The notes beneath the pieces are model-generated. The model ran no database searches. It saw only the letters and a list, made by a program, of their open reading frames with translations, and was not told the origin of the DNA. From Bacteroidota bacterium (lineage in GTDB: Bacteria > Bacteroidota > Bacteroidia > Bacteroidales > UBA12077), in the NCBI GenBank assembly GCA_042584405.1, contig JBHOSR010000003.1, forward strand, positions 1 to 61,720: 61,720 nucleotides of DNA, given 5' to 3'. Shown in pieces: positions 15,477 through 25,846 of this stretch. How positions within the stretch are numbered: the stretch's first letter is position 1; every line of letters begins with the position of its first letter. The translations under genes and the position numbers were made by a program.

Positions 15477-18400
15477 TTATTCCTTTATTTCCTGAATAGG
15501 AGCATGACTGTTTTTTTCATATTTTGTCTTACGCTTATGTAATATTATAGCCACCTCAACATCTTCACGTTCAGGTCTGACTCCCGTCCAAAGATGTTTT
15601 AGGTAAACACGAACATCATTCAGTAACATAATTAAAACTGGGAAAAATATTAAAATAAATATTGTACCGACTGCCACCCCATAAGCTAAGCTAAGAGCCA
15701 TTGGAATTAGGAATTGTGCTTGCACACTTTTTTCCATAATAATTGGGAATAACCCAACAGCAGTAGTCAAAGTTGTTAGAATAATAGGTCTTAATCTTAG
15801 TTTACCAGCTTCCACAATTGCATCATGCACATTTCTTCCTTCCAATAAATTACTATCGTATTTCGACAGAAAGACAATGGCGTCATTAATAATTACTCCC
15901 GTTAAAGCAATCATCCCCCACAAGCTAATAATTGATAATGGCTGACCATGAATTCCATGACCCCAGAATACACCTAGCATTGATAATGGAATCATAGCTA
16001 TAATAATAATTGTCTGATTAAAACTTTTAAAATGAATGATCATTACAAAAATGATCATAGCAAAAGCGACAAGAAAATACATCCTTATTTTTTTTAATGC
16101 TTCATTGCTTGACTTTTGTTGACCTTGATATTCATAACGTATGCCTGAATATTGAGCTAATAATTCGGGCATTATTTCAATACTTATTTGATTTAATATT
16201 TCCGGTACTGGTGCATATGGATCAACAGTTTCTGCTTCAATACGAATCTCACGCGATCCATTATAACGAGTAATAGCAACAGGACCTCTTTCCAAGTGAT
16301 AATCTGCTAACTCAGTTAATGGATATTCACCCATTGGAGTTTTGATTTTCATTTTTTCCATTTGACCAATGGTAAGTCTGTCTGACTTTGGATAGCGAAC
16401 CCAAACTCTTAGTTCATCTCTTCCCTCTTGTAAGCGTTGTGCTTGACCGCCATAAAATCCCTGCCTGATTTGGCGTGAAATTGTATTTTCATTTAATCCT
16501 AAAAAATATGCTTTAGGTTTTAAACTCAATCTAACTTCTTGTTTCCCTAATGCGATATTTTCATTAATATCTTTCAATTGTGGTAACTCAGTCAATCGAT
16601 TCATCAGATAATTCTTGGCTTCTTCCAGTTCCTGAAGGTTTTTAGACATTAAACTAATTGATACTGGAGATCCCCATCGATTTCTTCCTGCCACTGAAAA
16701 TTTCCTTGCATCAGGAACAGCTCCTATTTTTTGTCTAACTAGATTCGCTATCTTATATCCTGTAAGGTCATATCCTTCTAGATCAATTGGATAAACACGA
16801 ATATTTCCTGCATGAGCTCCAGATTCTTGCCCGCTAAATGCACTTCCTACACTAGTTCTTACCTGTTCTATAATATTTCCATCAACTCCCTGTTCTTTTG
16901 AAAGCTCCTCATTTACTTCCCAAATTGCTTTTTCAAATCGAGCCAAAAATTCTTTAGTTTGCTTTTCACCATCACCGGGTGTAAATGCAATATTTAACTC
17001 AAAACTGTCAAAATCAACCATTGGGAAGAAGGTGCTCTTTATGTGTCCTCCCATAAATAATCCGGCAGTAATTAAAAATAATGCAATTGGTATAGCAATA
17101 ACAATATGACGCCATTTTAATAACCATTCCAACATATAATGGTAAATATCCTCTCGAAGCCATACAATAAATCTTTCGAAGTACTTTTTAATTCCTTTAT
17201 TTTTAGATTCTAAACTTCGTCGGCTTAATACGTGATGAGAACTTAAATGTGCAGGTAATACAAAAAATGCTTCGACCAATGAAAAAACTAAACTAACAAT
17301 AATTACAACAGCAACATCGTACATCATTTCCATTCTTGTTCCAGATAAAAACAACAATGGCGAAAAAGCAATAACTGTTGTTGTTACTGATGTTAGAACC
17401 GCGGGATATACTTCCATTGTACCATCCACTGCTGCCTGCATTGGAGTTTTACCTCTTTCGAAATGCAGATAGATATTTTCAGCAATTACAATTCCGTCGT
17501 CAACCAAAATACCAACTACCAGAATCATCCCAAATAGTGAAGTCATATTAATTGTAATCCCAATAAAGTTCCCCAAAATAAACATAGCTAAAAAGCTGAA
17601 TGGAATACCCCAAGATACCCATAAGGATAATCGAACGCTTAAAAACATGGATAATGCTAGAATAACCAGAACTAATCCTATTAAGCCATTTCTTGTGAGT
17701 AAATCTAAACGACTATGTAAAATATCGAGGTATGCTCTTGTTATTTCAAGATTTACACCCTGATTTTTTTCGTTAAACTCTTTTGTATATTTTATTGCGT
17801 ATTCAGTAATTGCATCTAAATCTTCTTCTGGTAATTTCTCAACATATATTGAAACCGATTTCTTACCATTTATCCAAGATTCACTTGATGTATCAGCAAA
17901 TTTCTTTTTTACTTCTGCAACATCTCTTATTCGAATAAAACTCCCATCGGCCTGTCCTTTAATAATAATTTCTCCAATTTTGTTGGGATCAGTACTTCTT
18001 GATCGTAATCGAATTAACAATTCTTCTTCTTCCGATTTTATTTGTCCACCAGAAACATCTTGGTTGTTTGTTTGAATAGCGCTAATTAAATCATCAAAAG
18101 TAAGATTATACCTAAGTAATTCTTCTTCTTTTATTTCGACAGAAATTTCCGGTGAGGGATATCCTGATAAAGTAACCTGACTTATAACTCCTGATGAAAG
18201 AAAATCTTCCTCAACCCGCTGTGCATATTCTTTCAAGGTCATCAGATTTACAATTGAACTATCACCCGCGAGTAAAGACATTCTAAGTGCACCAGCTCTG
18301 GATCTACGTTTTGCAACAATCGGCCTTTCAGCTGCCGTAGGTAACGACGAAATTCCATCAACTGCATTTTTTACTTCCATTAATATTTCATCAATAGGAT

Positions 18401-18698
18401 ACTCGCCTGTAGTTTCAATAGTAACTCTAGCACTATTTTCAACAGATGTAGAATTCATTTCTTTAATTCCGATTAATCCTCGAACTGCTTCTTCGATTCT
18501 TGCAGTAACACCTTCTTCCATTTCAATAGGTGATGCTCCCGGATAAAAAACTGATATTGTAATAATTCTACTCTCAGCTTCAGGGAAAAAAGCTTTTTTC
18601 ATTGAAAACATACTATACAGACCAGCAATAACAACAAAAGCAATAATCAGATTTGCATAAATCGGATATTCAACAAATCGCTCTATTAATTTCCTCAT
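15477..18698 (-). CDS. RND-family efflux transporter permease (AcrB/CzcA-like).
   Basis: 1073 aa, 12-TM organisation with two large loops, typical AcrB-family motifs. Confidence 0.9.
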   Translation of the reverse strand: MRKLIERFVEYPIYANLIIAFVVIAGLYSMFSMKKAFFPEAESRIITISVFYPGASPIEMEEGVTARIEEAVRGLIGIKEMNSTSVENSARVTIETTGEYPIDEILMEVKNAVDGISSLPTAAERPIVAKRRSRAGALRMSLLAGDSSIVNLMTLKEYAQRVEEDFLSSGVISQVTLSGYPSPEISVEIKEEELLRYNLTFDDLISAIQTNNQDVSGGQIKSEEEELLIRLRSRSTDPNKIGEIIIKGQADGSFIRIRDVAEVKKKFADTSSESWINGKKSVSIYVEKLPEEDLDAITEYAIKYTKEFNEKNQGVNLEITRAYLDILHSRLDLLTRNGLIGLVLVILALSMFLSVRLSLWVSWGIPFSFLAMFILGNFIGITINMTSLFGMILVVGILVDDGIVIAENIYLHFERGKTPMQAAVDGTMEVYPAVLTSVTTTVIAFSPLLFLSGTRMEMMYDVAVVIIVSLVFSLVEAFFVLPAHLSSHHVLSRRSLESKNKGIKKYFERFIVWLREDIYHYMLEWLLKWRHIVIAIPIALFLITAGLFMGGHIKSTFFPMVDFDSFELNIAFTPGDGEKQTKEFLARFEKAIWEVNEELSKEQGVDGNIIEQVRTSVGSAFSGQESGAHAGNIRVYPIDLEGYDLTGYKIANLVRQKIGAVPDARKFSVAGRNRWGSPVSISLMSKNLQELEEAKNYLMNRLTELPQLKDINENIALGKQEVRLSLKPKAYFLGLNENTISRQIRQGFYGGQAQRLQEGRDELRVWVRYPKSDRLTIGQMEKMKIKTPMGEYPLTELADYHLERGPVAITRYNGSREIRIEAETVDPYAPVPEILNQISIEIMPELLAQYSGIRYEYQGQQKSSNEALKKIRMYFLVAFAMIIFVMIIHFKSFNQTIIIIAMIPLSMLGVFWGHGIHGQPLSIISLWGMIALTGVIINDAIVFLSKYDSNLLEGRNVHDAIVEAGKLRLRPIILTTLTTAVGLFPIIMEKSVQAQFLIPMALSLAYGVAVGTIFILIFFPVLIMLLNDVRVYLKHLWTGVRPEREDVEVAIILHKRKTKYEKNSHAPIQEIKE

Positions 18699-18721
18699 AA
18701 TTTCTTTGATTTGATGATTAA

Positions 18722-19906
18722 CTAATTCTTTTTACGTTGAGCTTTTACAGGCTTCTGATTTTGCTGCTCTCTTTGTTGCCCTTGAATTTCAACCTGAGTA
18801 CCTTCTAAAACATTGATTAAAGGTTGCATAACAATTACCGCTCCCTCTTCCAAACCATTAAATATGAGAGACTTTTCGTTTACTTTTACAATATTTATTT
18901 TCTTTTTATGAATTCTACCATCGTTTACAATAAAGACTTCGTTTGAGTTAAAAACAACATTCCGAGGCACTTCCATTACATTTTTGATAGGATGACCAGG
19001 AAAAATAGCTTCAACATATTCACCAACAAGCAATTTGTTCTTTTTATTATTTTCTAATCTTAAAAAAATACTTTGAGATTGTGTATTAGGATCAACAAAT
19101 TGACTTTTACGAATTACTTTAGCGTTTCGTTCATTTATGTATGTTTCGGAAACTAGTTTTACATCGTCACCAATTCTTACCCATTCTGCGTCAAATCGTT
19201 CGAGAGGAATTTCGATTTCAAGCAGATCCGTTCGAATTGCATGAGCAACCTTACCTCCGATATTTGCATATGCTCCAGATTCTAAATATACATCAGAATA
19301 TGTTCCGTCGAAAGGCGCTACAACTGTATAACGACTTAATTGTAACTCATCTTTTTGGATATTATAATATTCACTTAAAATATTACGACTTGATAGAAAT
19401 ATTTTTAATTTTTCTTCTTTAATTTCAGGGAATTCAGGAAGCTTATTATTAATGTCAATAGCATTAAAAAAAGTTTTAAATTCGGTTTCCTGATCGGGAT
19501 AATCAATCTTAATATCTGGAAGTACTTTAGCCAAAGTATTCAAAAATTGACTTTTCTTTGATTTAAGTGCAAGCATAGCCTCATCAGGATATATAGCAAA
19601 AAGCACATCTCCCTTTGCAAATTCACTACCTTTCTTTAATGAAATTTTTAATGTTAATATTTTACCTGATGCCTCAGCAATAATATCAATCTCTGATATT
19701 GACGAAACTCTTCCTGGTGCTGAGACCGGAGAAATTATGGTTGTGTATTTTACTTCATTAGCTTTAACATATCTTTTTGCTTCAATTGCCGGACGCATAA
19801 AAGGATCTTCCTTTTGCGCAATTAAAAATTTCATGATTCCGAATGCTAAACCTACAATAAAAATGAAGGCTCCAACAATGACTATTCTTCTGTCAATTTG
19901 TTTCAT
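18722..19906 (-). CDS. RND efflux membrane fusion protein (HlyD family periplasmic adaptor).
   Basis: N-terminal anchor, lipoyl/barrel-like pattern, and operon context. Confidence 0.8.
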   Translation of the reverse strand: MKQIDRRIVIVGAFIFIVGLAFGIMKFLIAQKEDPFMRPAIEAKRYVKANEVKYTTIISPVSAPGRVSSISEIDIIAEASGKILTLKISLKKGSEFAKGDVLFAIYPDEAMLALKSKKSQFLNTLAKVLPDIKIDYPDQETEFKTFFNAIDINNKLPEFPEIKEEKLKIFLSSRNILSEYYNIQKDELQLSRYTVVAPFDGTYSDVYLESGAYANIGGKVAHAIRTDLLEIEIPLERFDAEWVRIGDDVKLVSETYINERNAKVIRKSQFVDPNTQSQSIFLRLENNKKNKLLVGEYVEAIFPGHPIKNVMEVPRNVVFNSNEVFIVNDGRIHKKKINIVKVNEKSLIFNGLEEGAVIVMQPLINVLEGTQVEIQGQQREQQNQKPVKAQRKKN

Positions 19907-20048
19907 CGTTTAAGAATTTATATAAAAAGATTTGACCCCAATTTTTTATTTTTATTACACTTAAGACAAAAAAGTTTAAACAAAGTTTAACTTTAGTAAA
20001 TTTAAATAAATTTTTAACTTGTACATTATTTACAAAATACAAAATACA

Positions 20049-20531
20049 ATGAAACAATTACTTGCACTTTCATTATTAAGCTTTATTCTTTTTTCTTGTC
20101 AACAAAAAACAGAGATTACAACAGTAAACATTGAATCAGAAAAAGCTATTGTTGAAGAAACCATTAAAAACACTATTGCATGGGCAAAAGATAAAGACAC
20201 AAGCCTCCTTTACAGCATTATTGCTAATGATGAGAATTATTTAGAAGTACATCCTGAAAATACAGTGGTAAAAAGTATTACAGAATTTAAAAAAGCAGAA
20301 AAATTTTGGTTAGATCCACGATTTAAACATGTAAAATTCGAAACCTGGGATATGCATATTAATATTTCTCAAGATGGAACCGTAGCATGGTATTATTGTA
20401 TGTTAAATGATATAAATGATTGGGATGGACAATCCGTTAGTTGGGAAAATACCCGTTGGACAGGAGTTTTAGAAAAGCGTAACGGTAGTTGGAGAATGGT
20501 TCAAATGCATTTTTCATATCCCTTACAATAG
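20049..20531 (+). CDS. NTF2/SnoaL-like fold lipoprotein (DUF4440-like).
   Basis: Signal plus lipobox LFSC from the ATG at 20049. The WTGVLEKRNGSWRMVQMHFS C-terminus is typical of SnoaL-like domains. Confidence 0.5.
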   Translation: MKQLLALSLLSFILFSCQQKTEITTVNIESEKAIVEETIKNTIAWAKDKDTSLLYSIIANDENYLEVHPENTVVKSITEFKKAEKFWLDPRFKHVKFETWDMHINISQDGTVAWYYCMLNDINDWDGQSVSWENTRWTGVLEKRNGSWRMVQMHFSYPLQ

Positions 20532-20534
20532 AGA

Positions 20535-20565
20535 AGAAACTGTCGTCAACGACAGTTTCTATTTT
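20535..20565. terminator. Hairpin terminator between convergent genes.
   Basis: 11-bp perfect stem AGAAACTGTCG-tcaa-CGACAGTTTCT followed by ATTTT. Confidence 0.65.
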
Positions 20566-20600
20566 AAAAACGTCACATGAATAATTATAAAATTCAAATT

Positions 20601-21122
20601 TTACATTTCAACACCTAGTCTAGCCTGAACACCTTCGCTGAAATAGTGTTTAATTTCATTCATCTCTGTAACCAGATCTGCCATTTCTATTATCTTCTCA
20701 TGAGCATATCTTCCGGTAATGACAATCTCAACGTGTTTAGGTTTTTGTTTAATAATTTCAAGGACCTTAGCTATGTCTAGTAATTTATAATAAAGGGCAA
20801 TATTTAGTTCATCCATAATAACCAAATCATATTCACCTGATTTAATTATCTTTTCCATTTCATTAAAACCATTTTGCGCAGCAACAATATCTTTTTCTTC
20901 TGGTTCATTAACAATAAAACAATCCAAACCATATTGTTTAATTACGATCTCATCCAAATATTTTTCGATCGAATCCAGTTCACTATAATGTTTTCCTTTT
21001 ATAAATTGCCCTATAAAAATCTTTTTATCGGCTCCGTAAGCTCTGAGAGCCAAGCCAAGTGCAGCAGTAGTCTTCCCCTTTCCATTGCCTGTATAAACCT
21101 GAATAAATCCTTGATTCTTCAT
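20601..21122 (-). CDS. cobO: Cob(I)yrinic acid a,c-diamide / cob(I)alamin adenosyltransferase (CobO/BtuR type).
   Basis: IQVYTGNGKGKTTAALGLALRA P-loop and DELNIAL motif. ATG at 21122 preferred over the extended start. Confidence 0.85.
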   Translation of the reverse strand: MKNQGFIQVYTGNGKGKTTAALGLALRAYGADKKIFIGQFIKGKHYSELDSIEKYLDEIVIKQYGLDCFIVNEPEEKDIVAAQNGFNEMEKIIKSGEYDLVIMDELNIALYYKLLDIAKVLEIIKQKPKHVEIVITGRYAHEKIIEMADLVTEMNEIKHYFSEGVQARLGVEM

Positions 21123-21141
21123 TTTGTGAAATATGTAAAAA

Positions 21142-21591
21142 TTAATTATAGATGAACCGGATTTTCTCATCAGCTAAAGTTGGCTCGATTAATTCGTTCC
21201 ATTCATTAGTATTCCATGTTTTTAGCTTTGTATGTGTTTGATAATATTTTTCAGGAATTGGATGAGTACCTACCACTACATGCAAACCGTATTTTTCTTG
21301 TATAAACTTACGAAAATGATCAATATATGGACATGGGGGATAACCCACAATAAATCCTGTTGCAAGATGAATTACATTAACCCCATTTTTAATCATTTCT
21401 TCAGGAGTATATTCAATATTTCCCCCTGGACAACCACCGCAACTTGTGTAACCCACAATTTCTATTTCTTCATCTTTACTATAAATACTAAAAGCTCCTT
21501 CACGATTTTTTAAGGCTCTAAAACATTTACCTCCGGCACAATCACGGTATCTATCGCATATTATAATTCCTATTTTAGTTGTTTTTTTCAC
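21142..21591 (-). CDS. CGGC domain-containing metal-binding protein.
   Basis: IIICDRYRDCAGGKCF ... YTSCGGCPG pattern. Confidence 0.65.
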   Translation of the reverse strand: MKKTTKIGIIICDRYRDCAGGKCFRALKNREGAFSIYSKDEEIEIVGYTSCGGCPGGNIEYTPEEMIKNGVNVIHLATGFIVGYPPCPYIDHFRKFIQEKYGLHVVVGTHPIPEKYYQTHTKLKTWNTNEWNELIEPTLADEKIRFIYN

Positions 21592-22369
21592 GATTCTTTG
21601 ATTTTTGATATGAATCTATAATGGATTCTATTTCGCTCATTTTAAAACCATATTGTTTTCGTAAATGACCTAATTGATTCGAACCGGATACAGAAGAAGG
21701 AAGATTTAATTTTCTTTTTAAATAATCTTCCGGGATATTATACTCATTGGTTACTTCTGACAAAGTCATGTATCCTTTAACTTCTATTGAAGGATCAGTG
21801 TTATGATGCTCATGTTGGGCGTGTTCTTCAGGTCTGTTTTGTTCGTATTTTTTATCTTGTATTGTTTTTCGATCTGAATTTTCGTCTTGAAAAACTTCTT
21901 TTATCGCTGGTTGTTCCTCAAAGAGTTTTGTTTCCGACTCTGCAGGAACAGTTGTTTCTATTGAAGAGTAATACCTTTCTCTACCACTTAATGTCTCTTC
22001 TACATCAATTTGAAAAAGAAATGGAAAGCAAATCAGAAAAAGTGTAATTATAGTAAATGATAACGCACATGCAATTCGAACAGCTTTTCTTTTTATTATA
22101 TTTTTATATAAACAAATTATGACTTTCCAGTGCAAAATAATATGAAGTATAAGCAACACAACTAACGTAATTCCAAGAATAAAATGAATGGTCCCCCAAT
22201 CATGTCGATCAAACCCCCAAAAAGTCATATCAACATTTCTTCCAAACTTCACCCAGCGTTCAGTTCCAGGTAGTAGAACATATTTTATTAGCAGACCTAA
22301 TCCTGCTATGATGCCCATTAAAATGAACATAATAGCATCAATTACAAAATTCCATTTTGATTTATTCAT
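21575..22369 (-). CDS. DUF4405-like membrane protein (3-4 TM, conserved His residues) with a soluble C-terminal domain.
   Basis: Hydrophobic N-terminal half with HDWGTIHFILG...HIILHWK. No assigned function. Confidence 0.45.
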   Translation of the reverse strand: MNKSKWNFVIDAIMFILMGIIAGLGLLIKYVLLPGTERWVKFGRNVDMTFWGFDRHDWGTIHFILGITLVVLLILHIILHWKVIICLYKNIIKRKAVRIACALSFTIITLFLICFPFLFQIDVEETLSGRERYYSSIETTVPAESETKLFEEQPAIKEVFQDENSDRKTIQDKKYEQNRPEEHAQHEHHNTDPSIEVKGYMTLSEVTNEYNIPEDYLKRKLNLPSSVSGSNQLGHLRKQYGFKMSEIESIIDSYQKSKNREKNN

Positions 22370-22380
22370 GACTTGTTTTT

Positions 22381-23568
22381 TTAATTTGATATTTTATCTA
22401 AAGCAATTGCTAAATCATTAATTATATCTTCAACATTCTCTATTCCTACAGAATATCTAACCAATCCTTCAGTAATATTAGCTGCAAGTTTATCTTCTTT
22501 TGATACACCCGCATGTGTCATTGAAGCTGGGTGCTGTATTAAACTCTCAACTCCACCCAGTGATACTGCTAATTTTGCTAGATGAACATTATCCATAAGG
22601 ATTTTTCCAGCTTCAAAACCTCCTTTTAAGGCAAAACTTATCATACTTCCAAAACCTTGCATTTGCTCCTTAGCCAATTTGTGTTGCTGAAAAGATTTTA
22701 AACCCGGATATTTTACCCATTCCACTTTAGGATGACTTTCAAGGAATTCTGCAACTTTCATGGCACTTTCCTGGGCTTTATCAATTCTTAAGGATAAAGT
22801 TTTAACTCCTCTTATTACCAAATAAGCTTGGTGAGGATCCATGTTCCCTCCCATGTAAATCATTGTTTTACGAATAGTATTGTATAATTCATTATCTTTT
22901 GCAACTATTATACCGCCAACAATATCGGCATGACCATTAATAAATTTGGTTAAAGAATGTAAAACAACGTCAGCTCCTAAATCTAAAGGCTTTTGAAGAT
23001 ATGGACTGCAAAAGGTATTATCAACACAGACTAAAATATTATGTTTGTGTGCTATTTGAGAAGCTTTCTTAATATCTGTAAGCTGAATTGTTGGATTAGC
23101 TGGAGTTTCAAGGTAAAGCAATTTGGTATTAGGTTTAATAGCTTTTTCAATTTCATCAAGGTTTGAAGTATCGATATATGAATACTCTACTCCAAATTTT
23201 GAAAAATGACTTTCCATTACGCCTCTACTTGGACCATAAACAGCACTTGTACTTATCATATGGTCTCCCTGGCTTAATAGAGCCAAATAAACAGTTGTAA
23301 CAGCAGCCATACCAGAAGCTAATGCAATTCCTCTATACCCATTTTCTAATTCTGCAATTTTATTTTCAAGTACATTTATTGTTGGATTCCCAATTCTTGT
23401 ATAGATATAACCCTTTTCTTTACCGGCAAATAAATCAGCACCGTGTTGTGCATTTTTAAACGAAAAAGTTGATGTTTGATAAATCGGAGTTACTGCACTT
23501 CCGAATTCATCCTGATAATCACCTGCATGTACTAGTTTGGAGTTAAATCCCATGTTTTTTGTTTCCAT
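22381..23568 (-). CDS. PLP-dependent methionine gamma-lyase / Cys-Met metabolism family enzyme.
   Basis: PLP-Lys motif HSLTKFINGHAD. Family-typical TRIGNPT and VESLIQHPASMTH. Confidence 0.85.
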   Translation of the reverse strand: METKNMGFNSKLVHAGDYQDEFGSAVTPIYQTSTFSFKNAQHGADLFAGKEKGYIYTRIGNPTINVLENKIAELENGYRGIALASGMAAVTTVYLALLSQGDHMISTSAVYGPSRGVMESHFSKFGVEYSYIDTSNLDEIEKAIKPNTKLLYLETPANPTIQLTDIKKASQIAHKHNILVCVDNTFCSPYLQKPLDLGADVVLHSLTKFINGHADIVGGIIVAKDNELYNTIRKTMIYMGGNMDPHQAYLVIRGVKTLSLRIDKAQESAMKVAEFLESHPKVEWVKYPGLKSFQQHKLAKEQMQGFGSMISFALKGGFEAGKILMDNVHLAKLAVSLGGVESLIQHPASMTHAGVSKEDKLAANITEGLVRYSVGIENVEDIINDLAIALDKISN

Positions 23569-23610
23569 AATATTTTCTTGTTTTAATAAGGTTTATGTAT
23601 ATTAATATTT

Positions 23611-24387
23611 CTAAATATTAAGAACCATGCCTGATTTTAGTTGCTTTATTTTAAGCTCATCATAAAATGCGGCTAAAGCCGGCAATTCAGTACAATGTGA
23701 TGGATATATTTCAGCAATATCCTGAGATTTGAGATATTTGATAGTTTCTTTTGTTTGGAGATTATTATATTTCAAATGAAATCCTCCTATAACTGCCCTG
23801 ATTTCATTAATTCCAGTTATTTTTTTCGCATATTCAATCATATTACAAATACCGGAATGAGCACAACCTGAGATAATTACAATTTCATCATTCAATTTAA
23901 TTACCAAACCTGAATCATCGGTAATATAATCCTCTGTTTTATCACTTAATTCAAATGCAGTTGTTATTGCTTCAAAAGAATTTAAACGGGGAATTTCTCC
24001 TAAGAATATTATATTTTTTGAAATAGGATAAGGTTTTCGTGAGGGAATAATATCAAACCTGTTTGTTAACTCTTTAAAAGATAGTTCAAGTCCAATATTT
24101 TCATCATCATTTTTTCTGAAACGCTTTTGAAAAACATCAGGATGGCATATCAACTTCTTGTCGTTAATATACCTTAATCCGTTTCCATGATCCCAATGAC
24201 CATGGCTTAGAACAACAGCTTCAATTTTATCAATATCTATATTAAATCTTTGAGCATTTTTTAAAAAAACATTTGAATGGCCAGTGTCAAAAAGAATATT
24301 GCTATCTTCATTAATATGATAAGATAAGCCATGTTCTGCTAAAAACTTACCCGATGCAGTATTTTCTGTTAAAACCGTTAATTTCAT
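23611..24387 (-). CDS. MBL-fold metallo-hydrolase.
   Basis: HGHWDHGNG (HxHxDH) motif. Confidence 0.75.
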   Translation of the reverse strand: MKLTVLTENTASGKFLAEHGLSYHINEDSNILFDTGHSNVFLKNAQRFNIDIDKIEAVVLSHGHWDHGNGLRYINDKKLICHPDVFQKRFRKNDDENIGLELSFKELTNRFDIIPSRKPYPISKNIIFLGEIPRLNSFEAITTAFELSDKTEDYITDDSGLVIKLNDEIVIISGCAHSGICNMIEYAKKITGINEIRAVIGGFHLKYNNLQTKETIKYLKSQDIAEIYPSHCTELPALAAFYDELKIKQLKSGMVLNI

Positions 24388-24429
24388 TTTCTTAATTCCG
24401 TATTGTCCTCTTTGACTCTATTATAATTA

Positions 24430-24771
24430 TTATAAAAACTTTTTTAAACTACTGTTTTTGTAAGCATCAAATGCTTCTTTTACACTCATTTGTCCTGCAC
24501 CTATATAAATCTTTATTCCGGCCTTTTCTAAAACTGTAGCAGCATTTCCACCGGGTCCATTTCCGGTAATTAAAACTTCAGGACCCATCTCAAATAAATT
24601 CTGAGAAGTTTTTGGTCCGGCTCCATGAGCTTCATTTTCAATATCATGGTTATCAAATGAAGTAAACTCATCTTTCTCATCATCATAAACTAAAATAAAT
24701 TCAGTTCGTCCAAATCGCGGATCCATTTCCGAATTCCAATCTGTTCCTTTTGTTGTAAATGCTATTTTCAT
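24430..24771 (-). CDS. NifB/NifX-family (dinitrogenase FeMo-cofactor-binding fold) small protein.
   Basis: PRFGRTEFILVYD ... LITGNGPGGNA pattern, ~113 aa. Confidence 0.7.
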   Translation of the reverse strand: MKIAFTTKGTDWNSEMDPRFGRTEFILVYDDEKDEFTSFDNHDIENEAHGAGPKTSQNLFEMGPEVLITGNGPGGNAATVLEKAGIKIYIGAGQMSVKEAFDAYKNSSLKKFL

Positions 24772-24837
24772 TTCTATATAATTTTATGTTTCATTTTTCT
24801 AATTAATGTTATAAATTTTATCAATCTCATTGCATCT

Positions 24838-24856
24838 AAAAAAAAGCTGTCAGCTT
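24838..24856 (-). terminator. Weak candidate terminator/attenuator in the 186-nt gap after the second MinD-ferredoxin gene.
   Basis: On the minus strand, AAGCT-gac-AGCTT followed by 8 T. The stem is only 5 bp. Confidence 0.3.
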
Positions 24857-24957
24857 CATGCTACAAGTTTCAATCTGCCAACTGATTACTGCCTCTGTAT
24901 CCTTTATCTTGTATAATTTTTAATTTATAATTATTCATTAAAAATTCTCCTTTTCTT

Positions 24958-25839
24958 TTATATACTCCCAACTAATTCTTTAATTTTATGCCAGCTATTA
25001 ACAATCATTAATGTTAACTCTCCTGAACCATATTCAACAATCGTTTGTCCATTAGTCATAGCTTTTGTAAAATTTTCATCGTAAGGTAAACTGGAAATAT
25101 GTGCAATTGATTCATCATTCAGAAATTGAATAATATCCTGTGTTACTTTCGGATTTATATCATATTTATTAATAATACATCCAGCTTTCAAATTGAATTT
25201 TTTAACCAATTCATGTACTCTTTTTAAATCGTGCAATCCCGATAAAGATGGTTCTGTAACTAAAACAACAAAATCAGCTCCTGAAAGTGAGGAGACAACA
25301 GGGCAACCTATTCCAGGAGAACCATCAACAATGATATAGTTCATTTTATTTTCTTTGGCCAATTGTTTAGCCTCATTTTTAACTTTAGCAACTAATTTAC
25401 CAGAGTTTTCGGCTCCTATTCCCAGTTTTGCATGAACAAGTGTATTTCCGACTTTGGTTTTAGAAATATACCAGTCTCCAACATTTTGATTGAACATATT
25501 AATAGCTTCAACAGGACATACCCGTGCACAATATCCACAACCTTCACAATTCAAAGTTTTAATTGTATATAGATCATTTATTACAGAAATTGCGTCAAAT
25601 CGGCAAATATCAGCACACATCCCACAATTAGTACATTTATCAGAATCAATATTAGCAATTACACCACTGAAAAAATCTTCTGAATTTATTACCGTTGGTT
25701 TCATTAATAAATGCATATCAGCCGCATCAACATCACAGTCTGCAACAATAGCATCGTTACCAGATAAAACTGCAAATGATGCTGTTACAGATGTTTTGCC
25801 TGTTCCTCCCTTACCGGAAATAATTACAATCTCCTTCAT
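24958..25839 (-). CDS. MinD/ParA-superfamily P-loop ATPase with an inserted 2x[4Fe-4S] ferredoxin domain.
   Basis: GKGGTGKTS P-loop. CTNCGMCADIC and CEGCGYCARVCP motifs. Confidence 0.8.
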   Translation of the reverse strand: MKEIVIISGKGGTGKTSVTASFAVLSGNDAIVADCDVDAADMHLLMKPTVINSEDFFSGVIANIDSDKCTNCGMCADICRFDAISVINDLYTIKTLNCEGCGYCARVCPVEAINMFNQNVGDWYISKTKVGNTLVHAKLGIGAENSGKLVAKVKNEAKQLAKENKMNYIIVDGSPGIGCPVVSSLSGADFVVLVTEPSLSGLHDLKRVHELVKKFNLKAGCIINKYDINPKVTQDIIQFLNDESIAHISSLPYDENFTKAMTNGQTIVEYGSGELTLMIVNSWHKIKELVGSI

Positions 25840-25846
25840 CTCGGTA

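Noticed and set aside
20019-20048. Extended N-termini offered by the ORF track for several genes. These are 20019 (vs 20049), 21170 (vs 21122), 33891 (vs 33807), 35632 (vs 35605), 56385 (vs 56379), 60399 (vs 60351), 30325 (vs 30358) and 2138 (vs 2156).
   Set aside because: The internal ATG codons give clean signal peptides or conserved N-termini. The extensions start at TTG or other non-ATG codons, overlap upstream genes, or run through a terminator hairpin (60373-60397).
21575-21591. Identical 17-nt overlaps at two gene junctions (21575-21591 and 29468-29484) as a possible programmed signal.
   Set aside because: The overlapping sequences are unrelated. The 29484 start can be moved to a downstream Met (MYSHETK), which changes the overlap. 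This is most simply ordinary translational coupling.
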